64,000 bases of DNA, from positions 8,344-72,343 of the forward strand of contig MEMO01000021.1 of NCBI GenBank assembly GCA_001767955.1, given 5' to 3'. The notes beneath the pieces are model-generated. The model did no database searches. It was given only the letters and a program-made list of their open reading frames with translations, and had not been told where the DNA came from. Source of the stretch: Alphaproteobacteria bacterium RIFCSPLOWO2_01_FULL_40_26 (GTDB taxonomy: Bacteria > Pseudomonadota > Alphaproteobacteria > Rickettsiales > UBA1997). The first letter of the stretch is position 1. Every line of letters starts with the position of its first letter. Shown here one piece after another: positions 9,619 to 18,438 of this stretch. Both the position numbers and the translations under genes were made by a program.

Positions 9619-9706
9619 TGTGTCGGCGCATTTCGTGCTTCGTGCTTCGTGCGTCGTGCTTCGGTAGTTCTAAACCACGAAGCACGATGCACGAAATAAA
9701 GACACA
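9619..9706. repeat. Family C heptad-arm hairpin (copy C4), intergenic between nuoI and nuoJ
   Basis: TGTGTC..TTTCGTGCTTCGTGCTTCGTGCGTCGTGCTTCGG..CCACGAAGCACGATGCACGAAA..GACACA. Confidence 0.85.
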
Positions 9707-9727
9707 AGATTTTAAGAACAATGCAAT

Positions 9728-10213
9728 TTACCGATATTTGGCATCAGCCTCAATAGCGTGATTCAGCGCATATTCATAGCGCTCGCCATTGGCCAAAAGT
9801 TTTTCCTTGTTGTAATAAAGCTCTTCGCGTGTTTCGGTGGCGAATTCAAAATTTGGCGATTCAACAATGGCATCAACGGGGCAGGCTTCCTGGCACAGAC
9901 CGCAATAAATGCATTTTAGCATGTCGATGTCGTATTTGGTGGTACGGCGCGAACCGTCTTCTCTCTCTTCAGCTTCGATTGTAATGGCCTGCGCCGGACA
10001 AATTGCTTCGCAAAGTTTGCATGCAATGCATCTTTCTTCACCATTGGGATAGCGTCGCAAAGCATGTTCACCGCGGAAGCGCGGGCTTATTTCACCTTTT
10101 TCATAAGGATAATTGATGGTTACTTTTTTCTTAAAAAAATATTGCAGCGTTTTTAGGTGACCGAAAAAAATTTCTTTAAGAAAGAAGGCGTAGGCAGTTT
10201 TTAAAATTTTCAT
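9728..10213 (-). CDS. nuoI: NADH-quinone oxidoreductase subunit I
   Basis: Two 4Fe-4S motifs: [12 protein letters not shown] and [12 protein letters not shown]. Confidence 0.95.
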   Translation of the reverse strand: MKILKTAYAFFLKEIFFGHLKTLQYFFKKKVTINYPYEKGEISPRFRGEHALRRYPNGEERCIACKLCEAICPAQAITIEAEEREDGSRRTTKYDIDMLKCIYCGLCQEACPVDAIVESPNFEFATETREELYYNKEKLLANGERYEYALNHAIEADAKYR

Positions 10214-11229
10214 TTCAGATAAACTACATAGGCAGCTGTGCCAACAACCCAGGTTAATGAAAGAGGTAAAAATACTTTCCAGCCTAAACGCATCAACTGG
10301 TCATAGCGGTAGCGCGGCAAAGTTGCACGCACCCATATGAAACAGAAAAGCAGGATAAAAATTTTGATGCAGAGCCAGATGAAACCAGGAATTGCCTGCA
10401 AAATTTCAATATCAAAAGGTGGTAGCCAGCCGCCAAGAAAAAGGACAGAAGCAAATGCTGAAATCAAAATCATGTTGGCATATTCGCCAAGGAAAAACAT
10501 TGAAAATGGCATGGAGCTATATTCGACATTATAGCCGGCGACCAGCTCGGATTCTGCTTCGGGAAGGTCAAAAGGATGGCGGTTTGTTTCAGCTAAAGCG
10601 GAGATAAAAAATAACAAAAACATCGGAAACATCGGCCAGACAAACCAGCCATTTTTTTGCGCGATGACAATTTCAGAAAGATTGAGCGAGCCGGCACAAA
10701 GCACCACGGAAATGATGATTAATCCGATTGAAACTTCATAAGAAATCATTTGCGCCGAAGAGCGAATAGCGCCCAAAAATGCATATTTTGAATTGCTGGC
10801 CCAACCGGAAATTATGATGCCATAAACGCCAAGAGACGAGGTGGCAAGCAGATATGTGACACCGACATTGATATCGGCAATGACAAAAGTTTCAGAAAAG
10901 GGAATCACTGCCCAGCCAATCATGGCAAGAACAAAAGTGATAATTGGCGCCAGTAAAAATAGCCCTTTATTGGCTTTGAAAGGGATGATCACCTCCTTAA
11001 ACATGAGTTTTACGCCATCGGCCAATGGTTGTAACAAGCCAAACGGACCAACAACATTTGGACCTTTACGCAACTGCATGGCGGCGATGACTTTTCTTTC
11101 CATCAAAGTTAGATAGGCGACAGCGCCAAGCAAAGGCAGGATGATGAGTAAAATCCAGCCAAAAGTCGGAAGAATTTTTACTAAAAGAAGATTTAAAATC
11201 TGATCCATTGAGGGAAAGTTTTCGGGCAA
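10210..11229 (-). CDS. nuoH: NADH-quinone oxidoreductase subunit H
   Basis: 339 aa, multi-TM; [29 protein letters not shown]. Confidence 0.95.
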   Translation of the reverse strand: MPENFPSMDQILNLLLVKILPTFGWILLIILPLLGAVAYLTLMERKVIAAMQLRKGPNVVGPFGLLQPLADGVKLMFKEVIIPFKANKGLFLLAPIITFVLAMIGWAVIPFSETFVIADINVGVTYLLATSSLGVYGIIISGWASNSKYAFLGAIRSSAQMISYEVSIGLIIISVVLCAGSLNLSEIVIAQKNGWFVWPMFPMFLLFFISALAETNRHPFDLPEAESELVAGYNVEYSSMPFSMFFLGEYANMILISAFASVLFLGGWLPPFDIEILQAIPGFIWLCIKIFILLFCFIWVRATLPRYRYDQLMRLGWKVFLPLSLTWVVGTAAYVVYLK

Positions 11230-11234
11230 AGTAT

Positions 11235-11741
11235 TTACAGTTTCACCAATGTCAACAAAACCGCGGCGACTAGAGCTGCAGCAATTCCAGCAAGTATATC
11301 ATCGAGCATTACTCCAAACGGGTTTTTAAAATTGCGATCGCAATAACCGATAATAAATGGTTTTTTTATGTCAAAAAAACGAAATAGAGCAAAGCATAAA
11401 ATCAGATATTCCGGCAAAAAATTGTCATCACCATAAATCAGAAAAAACGGCAATTGCAGTGCAATTATTTGCCCAACAACCTCATCGGCTACGATTGACT
11501 TGTGATCAATTTCACCAATTTTTTTTGCATAAACCGGAATGGCAAATAGGGAACATGAGACAATCACAACCAAAAAAACTGCCCAAAAGGAATATTGCCA
11601 TAATAGCGAAATTTGCTGACTTGCAAAACATCCAACAACAAAAAACCACAAAATCACAGAAGCAACAGAGCCAAACGTTCCTGGCGCTTTTTTGATTTTT
11701 CCGATATAGCAAAATGTAAGAAAAAATTTGGCGAAGCTCAT
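11235..11741 (-). CDS. pgpA: Phosphatidylglycerophosphatase A
   Basis: GTFGSVASV and DEVVGQ motifs. ATG 11741 lies 1 nt from element G1. Confidence 0.75.
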   Translation of the reverse strand: MSFAKFFLTFCYIGKIKKAPGTFGSVASVILWFFVVGCFASQQISLLWQYSFWAVFLVVIVSCSLFAIPVYAKKIGEIDHKSIVADEVVGQIIALQLPFFLIYGDDNFLPEYLILCFALFRFFDIKKPFIIGYCDRNFKNPFGVMLDDILAGIAAALVAAVLLTLVKL

Positions 11742-11742
11742 A

Positions 11743-11902
11743 GGCACTGTTAACTAATTATTTTTTTCGGGATTTTTCGCTAATTTTTAGCGACTTTTTT
11801 AAAAAATTTCGCCGCTGTATCAGATATACTGCAAGAAATTTTTTGAAAAAATGAGCAAAAATTTGCGGAAAAGCACGGAAAAAATAATTAGTTAACAGTG
11901 CC
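11743..11902. mobile_element. 160-bp palindromic MITE-like element, family G copy G1
   Basis: IRs GGCACTGTTAACTAATTATTTTTT / AAAAAATAATTAGTTAACAGTGCC with TA flanks. The core is similar to family A and G2. Confidence 0.85.
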
Positions 11903-13648
11903 TAAGATAATCCTGATTTCACTGCCTTCACTTTTCTGCGATTTGATTTCCAAAATTCCGCCCTGCTTTTCAATCAGATATTTTATGACCGGAAGCGAGA
12001 AAGTGAGAGAATCGACATTCTGAATATTTCTTGTGCTTTGTAACGCGATTTTTATTTCATTTTCTGTCATGCCACAACCTTGATCTTTAACGATGATTTC
12101 AATTGCCTTCGATTTTTTTACTCCACAGGCAATATGAATTTTTTTGAGCTCATTTTTATTTGAAATATTGCGAGCAATCACTTCAACCACGGTGCCGTTT
12201 TGGCTGTATCTTACAGCATTTCCTATCAGGCTTGTGATAATCTGCTTCATGCGCTTTTGATCAAGTGATGGCAGTTCATACAGCTTGCTATCAACTTTTG
12301 CCGTCAAAATGATGTCGCAACTTTCCGCATATTTTTTCGATTCATTAATCACCTTGTTAATGATCTTTGCCAAATTTATTGCTCTTGAGCTTTTTCTGAT
12401 TTTAAGACTGTCATTTTTGATGTGATTCATATCAAGCGCCTCACTCAAAAAATTGTGAAAATCATATGAAATAGTAATGATGTTTCGGCTCAATTCCAAA
12501 TTTGTTTTCAGCTTTTGCAATGCTTGCTGATCCTCATTTTTTAGATTTTTAACAAGTGAACCAAGATCATTTTTTATAATTTCTGCACAACCCTGAATAC
12601 CAAAAATAAAATTTTTAAATTCATGCGCGACTTTAACCAGAAATTCGGTTTTTTCTTCATTTGCCAACTCTGATTCCTGCTGTAGTCGTAAAATCCGTGA
12701 AGTCTGCTGTTTTTCACGCAAAACTAAAACCATTAGAACTATCAACCCAAACAGGGTCGAAAAAATTTCAAATAATCGTAAATGAGTGGTACGGAGTATC
12801 TCCATGGCTATGGCTTGCGGGTTGTATTTCAAAATTAAAACATATGGATAGGACTTTACCTTCTTCACTAAAAAAGCATGGCGATTTCCAAATAAAGCAA
12901 TGTCAAAAAATTTCTTATCCTCATGCAAATAAATTTGATTCAAAATCTTGCTGATCTTCGTGTTGTTAGCGGCATCATCATTTGATCTGTCAACTCCAAA
13001 GAATTGATGATCCCCATATAAAATCGGCACTTCATTTTTGCCAAAAAGACTAAATTTTATTTCCGGATTTTGTATCACCTCATGCATCAACTTCGCAAGA
13101 GTCTTCACTTCAAATCCGAGAACCAAAGCTCCAAGATATTTACCATTTTGATCTCTCAATCCCATAGCTGCCGGAATCAGCCATTTTTTTGTGCTCAAGC
13201 CAATTATCGGAGCTTCAAAATGCAAAATGCCAGGATATTGCTCTGTCATCGCGATATAAGACCGGCTCGAAACATCCATTGGTTTTGCCAGAATTCCATC
13301 ATTGGAAGTGATGACAAGTTGATAATTTTTGTCTATCCATGAAAGCACAGTCCAAGAAAAATTGGCAGAAAAATTTTCTCCGGTGCGATAAATGCGTAAA
13401 ATCCTTCCGATATAATCTTTATCAAACGGATTTTCTGCGATATTGAGATTGATATTTTTCATCATCAAAGTGGTGTAGTTCATCCTATCGCTGAAATTTC
13501 CTTCCAGCCTTGCCATTTCTACTTCCAGATCTGATCTAATTTTATCTTGCGCACTATTTTTTATGCGAATTGCAAACCAGGTTAAAAACAAGATTATGGT
13601 AAGAAAAATAACCAAAAATATCAGAGAAATTTTGTAATCTTTTTTCAC
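11888..13648 (-). CDS. Sensor histidine kinase with periplasmic Cache-like domain (no adjacent response regulator)
   Basis: H-box VAHEFKNFIFGIQG; ATP-lid VKDQGCGMTENE; an N-terminal TM and a second TM before the H-box. The last 4 codons and the stop lie in element G1. Confidence 0.8.
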   Translation of the reverse strand: MKKDYKISLIFLVIFLTIILFLTWFAIRIKNSAQDKIRSDLEVEMARLEGNFSDRMNYTTLMMKNINLNIAENPFDKDYIGRILRIYRTGENFSANFSWTVLSWIDKNYQLVITSNDGILAKPMDVSSRSYIAMTEQYPGILHFEAPIIGLSTKKWLIPAAMGLRDQNGKYLGALVLGFEVKTLAKLMHEVIQNPEIKFSLFGKNEVPILYGDHQFFGVDRSNDDAANNTKISKILNQIYLHEDKKFFDIALFGNRHAFLVKKVKSYPYVLILKYNPQAIAMEILRTTHLRLFEIFSTLFGLIVLMVLVLREKQQTSRILRLQQESELANEEKTEFLVKVAHEFKNFIFGIQGCAEIIKNDLGSLVKNLKNEDQQALQKLKTNLELSRNIITISYDFHNFLSEALDMNHIKNDSLKIRKSSRAINLAKIINKVINESKKYAESCDIILTAKVDSKLYELPSLDQKRMKQIITSLIGNAVRYSQNGTVVEVIARNISNKNELKKIHIACGVKKSKAIEIIVKDQGCGMTENEIKIALQSTRNIQNVDSLTFSLPVIKYLIEKQGGILEIKSQKSEGSEIRIILGTVN

Positions 13649-13655
13649 CTGTTTG

Positions 13656-14810
13656 TTAAAAAATTTTTAAAATTTCCAAATAGGTTTGTTGTAGTTGTTT
13701 GACCTCGTTTACTTCAGAAAATTCATCAATCTTATGCGCTGTTTTATTGATCATTCCAATCTCCACAACTTCAGCATAATCCTTGATAAACCTGGCATCT
13801 GAAGTTCCTCCGCTTGTGCTTAAAGCCGGTTTTATTCCACAAATCTTTTCAACAGCATTAACTACAATTGGCGCCAAAAATTTTGGTTCACTTAAAAAAG
13901 CGTCTCCGCTAGCGCGATTGGAAAGCTCATATTTTGCGCCGAGTCCGACAGTTTTCTTGCACGCATAATCAACCAAGTCAATGATTGATTGCGAAGTATG
14001 AGCATCATTAAAACGCACATTAAACTCAGCCCACGCTTCATTTGGAGTCACATTGCCGCCAAGATTCTGTGAGGAAATCGCTGTGATTTCAAGATTGCCT
14101 GGATCAAAGAATTTAGTGCCTTCGTCGAATTTATGATCTTTCAAAATCTTCAAAAGATTAATCAAAATAGTGATCGGATTTAGCGCGTTTTCCGGATAGG
14201 CAACATGGCCTTGCTTGCCGATGATTTTGACCTTGAAACTAATTGAACCACGCCTTCCCACCTTTATCATTTCACCAAATTTTTGCGGATTTGTTGGCTC
14301 ACCAACTAAGCAATGTGAAATTTTTTTGTCCTGTTTTTCCATCCATTCCAAAATCTTTCTTGTGCCGTTTATGCTGTCATTTTCTTCATCATTGGTGATT
14401 AAAAATCCGATGCCAAAATCAGGATTTTTATTTTGTGCAAGAAATTCAAAAACCGCAGAAACAAAAGCGGCAATCGCACATTTCATGTCGGCCGCACCGC
14501 GACCAAAAATTTTGCCATCAGAAATTGTGGCGGAAAACGGATCATATTTCCACAAAGCCAAATCGCCTTCTTTTACCACATCAGTATGTCCGGCAAAATA
14601 CAAAATCCTGTTGGAATTTTTTGGATTGAAAACAGCATGTAAATTGTTGACCGGATAAGAATCATCACCATCAAATTCAAGCATGTCGCAGGCAAAACCA
14701 AGATTTTGTAAAATGCCGGAAAGAAAACTGATTATTTCGCGATTAACACCGCTGTAGGAAGGAATTCGGATTAAATCTTGCGAGAGCCTGATTACGTCAA
14801 GTTTCGTCAT
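13656..14810 (-). CDS. dapE: Succinyl-diaminopimelate desuccinylase (M20 family)
   Basis: LIRIPSYSG, FAGHTDVV, GRGAADMK, ITNDEE motifs; ~380 aa. Confidence 0.75.
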   Translation of the reverse strand: MTKLDVIRLSQDLIRIPSYSGVNREIISFLSGILQNLGFACDMLEFDGDDSYPVNNLHAVFNPKNSNRILYFAGHTDVVKEGDLALWKYDPFSATISDGKIFGRGAADMKCAIAAFVSAVFEFLAQNKNPDFGIGFLITNDEENDSINGTRKILEWMEKQDKKISHCLVGEPTNPQKFGEMIKVGRRGSISFKVKIIGKQGHVAYPENALNPITILINLLKILKDHKFDEGTKFFDPGNLEITAISSQNLGGNVTPNEAWAEFNVRFNDAHTSQSIIDLVDYACKKTVGLGAKYELSNRASGDAFLSEPKFLAPIVVNAVEKICGIKPALSTSGGTSDARFIKDYAEVVEIGMINKTAHKIDEFSEVNEVKQLQQTYLEILKIF

Positions 14811-14859
14811 TGAATTTTTTTCAGATAGGAAAAATATGGCTTATGCCAAAATAGAGTTA

Positions 14860-14955
14860 CCCCTCACCCCAACCCTCTCCCACAAGGGGAGAGGGAGTTG
14901 CACCGAATTCGGATTAACTCCCTCTCCCCTTGTGGGAGAGGGTTGGGGTGAGGGG
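14860..14955. repeat. 96-bp GC-rich palindromic element, family D copy D1
   Basis: CCCCTCACCCCAACCCTCTCCCACAAGGGGAGAGGGAG..loop..CTCCCTCTCCCCTTGTGGGAGAGGGTTGGGGTGAGGGG with TA flanks. It matches 59328-59423 in reverse orientation. Confidence 0.9.
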
Positions 14956-15005
14956 TAGTTAATATTCTACGCCGACTATTTTAACTCTACGTCATTTTCA
15001 AATCA

Positions 15006-16268
15006 ATGTTAGACATAAAGTGGATTCGTGAGAATCCGGAACAATTTGATTCAGCGATGTACGCACGCGGAGCTGATTTCAGGGCTTTGGAGCTTATTGC
15101 TCTTGATTTGGAAAAAAGAAAAAAAACTTTTTTGATTCAGGAATTGCAAGCCAGAAGAAACAAGCTGGCTCAAGAAATCGCCAAAGCAAAAAAAGCCGGA
15201 GATAATGTAAATTCATTGTTTGAAGAGTCGAAAAAAATCAACATTGAGCTTGCCGACGCTGAAAATAATTTTGCGCTTGATGACGAGTTAAGCGAGATTT
15301 TACTCACCATTCCAAACCTTCCCGATCAATCAGTTCCGCTCGGTAAAAGTGAAGATGAAAATGTTGAAATCGAAAAATTCGGCGAGCCAAAAAAATTTTC
15401 CTTCACACCGAAATCTCACGATGAACTTGGCGAAAAATCCGGAATGCTTGATTTCGAGCAATCAGCTTTGATGTCCGGCGCAAGATTCTCAACATTGACA
15501 GGAAATCTGGCGCAGCTTGAACGCGCGCTTTCCAATTTCATGCTTGATGTGGCAAATGAATTTGGCTACGCGGAAGTTTCACCGCCAAATCTTGTAAAAA
15601 GCGATGCAATGAAATTTTCCGGACAATTGCCAAAATTCGCCGAGGAAGCATTTTCAACATCTGACGGTTATTGGCTGATCCCAACTTCTGAAGTTTCTCT
15701 GGTCAATCTCGTTGCCAAAAAAACTCTAGCTGAAAATGAATTGCCGCTACGTTTCACTTCCTACACACCATGTTTCAGGCGCGAAGCCGGTTCTGCCGGC
15801 AAAGACACGCGCGGCATGATGCGCCAACATCAATTCAAAAAAGTTGAACTGGTTTCAATCACAACAAGCGAGCAATCGAAAGAAGAGCATGAAAGAATGA
15901 CCAATGTCTCCTGCGAAATTTTGCGTCGTCTCGAATTGCCTTTCCGCAAAATTTTATTGTGCAGCGGTGATATGGGATTTTGCGCGCAAAAAACTTATGA
16001 TCTGGAAGTTTGGCTGCCTTCACAAAACAAATATCGCGAAATCTCCAGCTGCTCAAATTGTGGCGATTTCCAGGCGCGACGCGCTTCAATCAAATATAAA
16101 ACCAAAGATGGCAAAACACATTTTTCTCACACTCTAAACGGATCCGCCTTGGCCGTTGGCCGAACCCTGATTGCAATTCTGGAAAATTATCAAAATGAAG
16201 ATAGATCAATCACAATGCCAAAAGCGCTCACGAGCTATATGAGCGGAGTTGATAAAATTTCTTGCTAA
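15006..16268 (+). CDS. serS: Seryl-tRNA synthetase
   Basis: N-terminal coiled coil MLDIKWIRENPE; class II motifs FRREAGSAGKDTRGMMRQHQF and GSALAVGRTLIAILENYQ. Confidence 0.95.
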   Translation: MLDIKWIRENPEQFDSAMYARGADFRALELIALDLEKRKKTFLIQELQARRNKLAQEIAKAKKAGDNVNSLFEESKKINIELADAENNFALDDELSEILLTIPNLPDQSVPLGKSEDENVEIEKFGEPKKFSFTPKSHDELGEKSGMLDFEQSALMSGARFSTLTGNLAQLERALSNFMLDVANEFGYAEVSPPNLVKSDAMKFSGQLPKFAEEAFSTSDGYWLIPTSEVSLVNLVAKKTLAENELPLRFTSYTPCFRREAGSAGKDTRGMMRQHQFKKVELVSITTSEQSKEEHERMTNVSCEILRRLELPFRKILLCSGDMGFCAQKTYDLEVWLPSQNKYREISSCSNCGDFQARRASIKYKTKDGKTHFSHTLNGSALAVGRTLIAILENYQNEDRSITMPKALTSYMSGVDKISC

Positions 16269-16320
16269 ATTTAGCTGCGTTCATATTTTCCGCCGCCTCA
16301 CAATTTTTAAAATTTTTAAA

Positions 16321-16590
16321 ATGGCTAACACGAAATCGGCAAAGAAAGCGCTTCGCTCAAGCGCCAGAAAAAATTCTGTTAATTCAGCAAGAGAAAATCG
16401 CATCAGAACTTTTGTCAAAAAGGTTGGTGATTCAATCAAGGCAAATGATGAAAAAAAAGCGCGCGAGGCCTTTAAAACTCTGGAAGTAGAAATTATGCGC
16501 GGCGTCACAAAAAATGTTTTAAAACTCAATAATGCCGCAAGAAAATTAAGAAGACTATCTGCGGCAATTCGCAAAATTAAGAAATCTTGA
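16321..16590 (+). CDS. rpsT: 30S ribosomal protein S20
   Basis: MANTKSAKKALRSSARKNSVNSARENRIRTFVKK. Confidence 0.9.
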   Translation: MANTKSAKKALRSSARKNSVNSARENRIRTFVKKVGDSIKANDEKKAREAFKTLEVEIMRGVTKNVLKLNNAARKLRRLSAAIRKIKKS

Positions 16591-17498
16591 GCATTCTTTC
16601 CTCACTTCGCTCCTCTTTAAGCAAAACCAACATCGATTTCATGAAAGTGCATAAGCCTGCGCTTGTGATGTCGGTGATTTTTATTTTTGCCTCTTTAGCC
16701 ATAGTTTTTGTCAAAGGTTTGAATTTCGGTATTGATTTTGCCGGCGGTATTTTGATTGAAGCGCGTATCGAAAAAAATTTCGATGTGGCAAAAATCCGCG
16801 AGCTCTTAACAGCGCAAATCCGCGATGTGCAAATTCAAAACATCGATCAAAAGGACATTTTAATCCGCGTCGCCAAAACCGATGAAGAGCAATCTTTGGT
16901 AATTAAAAAAATTGAAGAAATTTTAAACGCGAATTTCAAAAACATTGAATATCGTAAAATTGATTATGTTGGTCCGCAGGTGGGTTCTGAGCTGATTCTT
17001 AAAGGCGTGATGGCATTGCTGCTATCCTTCATCTTCATCATGATTTACATCTGGGTTCGATTCGATTGGCAATTTGGACTCGGGGGAATTTTTGCCTTGT
17101 TGCATGATACGGCTCTAACACTTGGATTTTACGCTGTTACCGGCCTTGAATTCAACCTTACTTCTATAGCCGCCATCCTCACTATCATTGGCTATTCCAT
17201 CAATGACTCAGTGGTGATTTATGATCGCATTCGTGAAAATCTGCGCCGCTATAAAAAAATGGATTTGTCTTACATCATAAACTCCAGCGCCAATTCAACA
17301 TTGAGCAGAACGGTTTTAACATCTGGCATCACTTTGATCTCACTTCTGGCATTAATTCTCTTTGGCGGCGATGTTCTTTTCAGTTTCAGCATGGCAACAT
17401 TTTTTGGCATCACAGTTGGAACTTACTCCTCGATCTACATTTCAGCGCCAATCTTGCTTTATTGCGATCCACGTAACAAAAAAAATGATAATTTATGA
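16587..17498 (+). CDS. secF: Protein translocase subunit SecF (no adjacent secD)
   Basis: IDFM..LNFGIDFAGG and YSINDSVVIYDRIREN. Probable TTG start overlapping the rpsT stop. Confidence 0.85.
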   Translation: MSILSSLRSSLSKTNIDFMKVHKPALVMSVIFIFASLAIVFVKGLNFGIDFAGGILIEARIEKNFDVAKIRELLTAQIRDVQIQNIDQKDILIRVAKTDEEQSLVIKKIEEILNANFKNIEYRKIDYVGPQVGSELILKGVMALLLSFIFIMIYIWVRFDWQFGLGGIFALLHDTALTLGFYAVTGLEFNLTSIAAILTIIGYSINDSVVIYDRIRENLRRYKKMDLSYIINSSANSTLSRTVLTSGITLISLLALILFGGDVLFSFSMATFFGITVGTYSSIYISAPILLYCDPRNKKNDNL

Positions 17499-17821
17499 GA
17501 AGAAGACGTTCCGGAACAATTGCCAGTTTGAGTGAATTATCGCCGGAAGAAAGATTGACTTTAGGTGTTACCGATGAAGAAATTAAAGCAGAAGCAGCGG
17601 CGGCTAGTGGCCAAGCATCTGCATCATGGTCAGAATTTGCTTTCACATTAGAACCACGACGCACTGTTGGCGCCTCTTTGCCTGTAATAGCAGAAACCGA
17701 TGTGGAAACATCCGAAGAAGAAGAGACGGAAGACAATAAGAGAGAGGAAGCGTCGCCAACAGCCAGTCCGAAACATCCACAACCTGAAGCAGCTCCAACA
17801 CCTAATCACACCAGGACATAA
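17495..17821 (+). CDS. Hypothetical acidic, low-complexity protein (GC-rich ORF)
   Basis: The ATG overlaps the secF stop (ATGA). 108 aa rich in E/A/S/T/P; no recognisable domain. The opposite strand is also open because of composition. Confidence 0.35.
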   Translation: MRRRRSGTIASLSELSPEERLTLGVTDEEIKAEAAAASGQASASWSEFAFTLEPRRTVGASLPVIAETDVETSEEEETEDNKREEASPTASPKHPQPEAAPTPNHTRT

Positions 17822-17910
17822 TTCTCATTCAAACGTCAACAACCCGTCATCCTTGGCCACTTTAGTGGCCCGAGGATCTCTTGGGTTTGAAAACAGGCTC
17901 TAGACAGTTT

Positions 17911-18438
17911 CTAATCAGCTCCAAACACTTCGCTCTTCTGCACCCACCCCTTTTTGCTTTCCATCTTCATCGCACACCATTCATCAACACATTTCAAATA
18001 ATCGCCAATCACATTGTTTTCCAATCGCAAGATGATGCGCGACTTCTCGTTTGGCTTGCTATGCATATTGATAAAATCCTTGGTGGTAAGCGCCATTAAG
18101 GTTCGTTTTTTGGTAAGCAGACTTTGCATAGCCCAACCGCTCTGTCCTTCATAATCCTCAATTTCACTCCAATTGTCATATTCGCTAATCACATGAACCG
18201 GCAAGCCGCGCAATTTGAAAGTGAATTTAACCGGATAATTCTGCCCAGGCCCGGAGCGAATATTGGTTTCATTCGAACGCAACGAAGCAAAATAATTTAC
18301 TTCAGAGATTTGTTTGGCAGCAAAAGCGGGGGAAACAACAAAATACAAACTCAACAACCCACGAAGCACGAAGCACACTGAAACAAGTTCAGTGCAGGCT
18401 GCACGAAGCACGATTTTATTTATTGGATTTTGTTTCAT
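17911..18438 (-). CDS. SH3-like domain protein (DUF1058 type), secreted
   Basis: NIRSGPGQNYPVKFTFKLRGLPVHVISEYDNWSEIEDYEGQSGW plus a second SH3-like half; signal-like N-terminus from MKQNPINK. Confidence 0.6.
   Translation of the reverse strand: MKQNPINKIVLRAACTELVSVCFVLRGLLSLYFVVSPAFAAKQISEVNYFASLRSNETNIRSGPGQNYPVKFTFKLRGLPVHVISEYDNWSEIEDYEGQSGWAMQSLLTKKRTLMALTTKDFINMHSKPNEKSRIILRLENNVIGDYLKCVDEWCAMKMESKKGWVQKSEVFGAD
18359..18413. repeat. Heptad-arm hairpin repeat, subfamily C' (copy 2), in the N-terminal coding region of the SH3 protein
   Basis: Reverse complement of 1863-1915; encodes ..RAACTELVSVCFVLRG.. Confidence 0.8.

Noticed and set aside
14860-14955. The GC-rich 96-bp palindrome as a rho-independent terminator
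   Set aside because: It lies between the divergently transcribed dapE and serS, so it sits upstream of both genes. It has no trailing T-run, and a second copy occurs at 59328-59423. It is a dispersed repeat.
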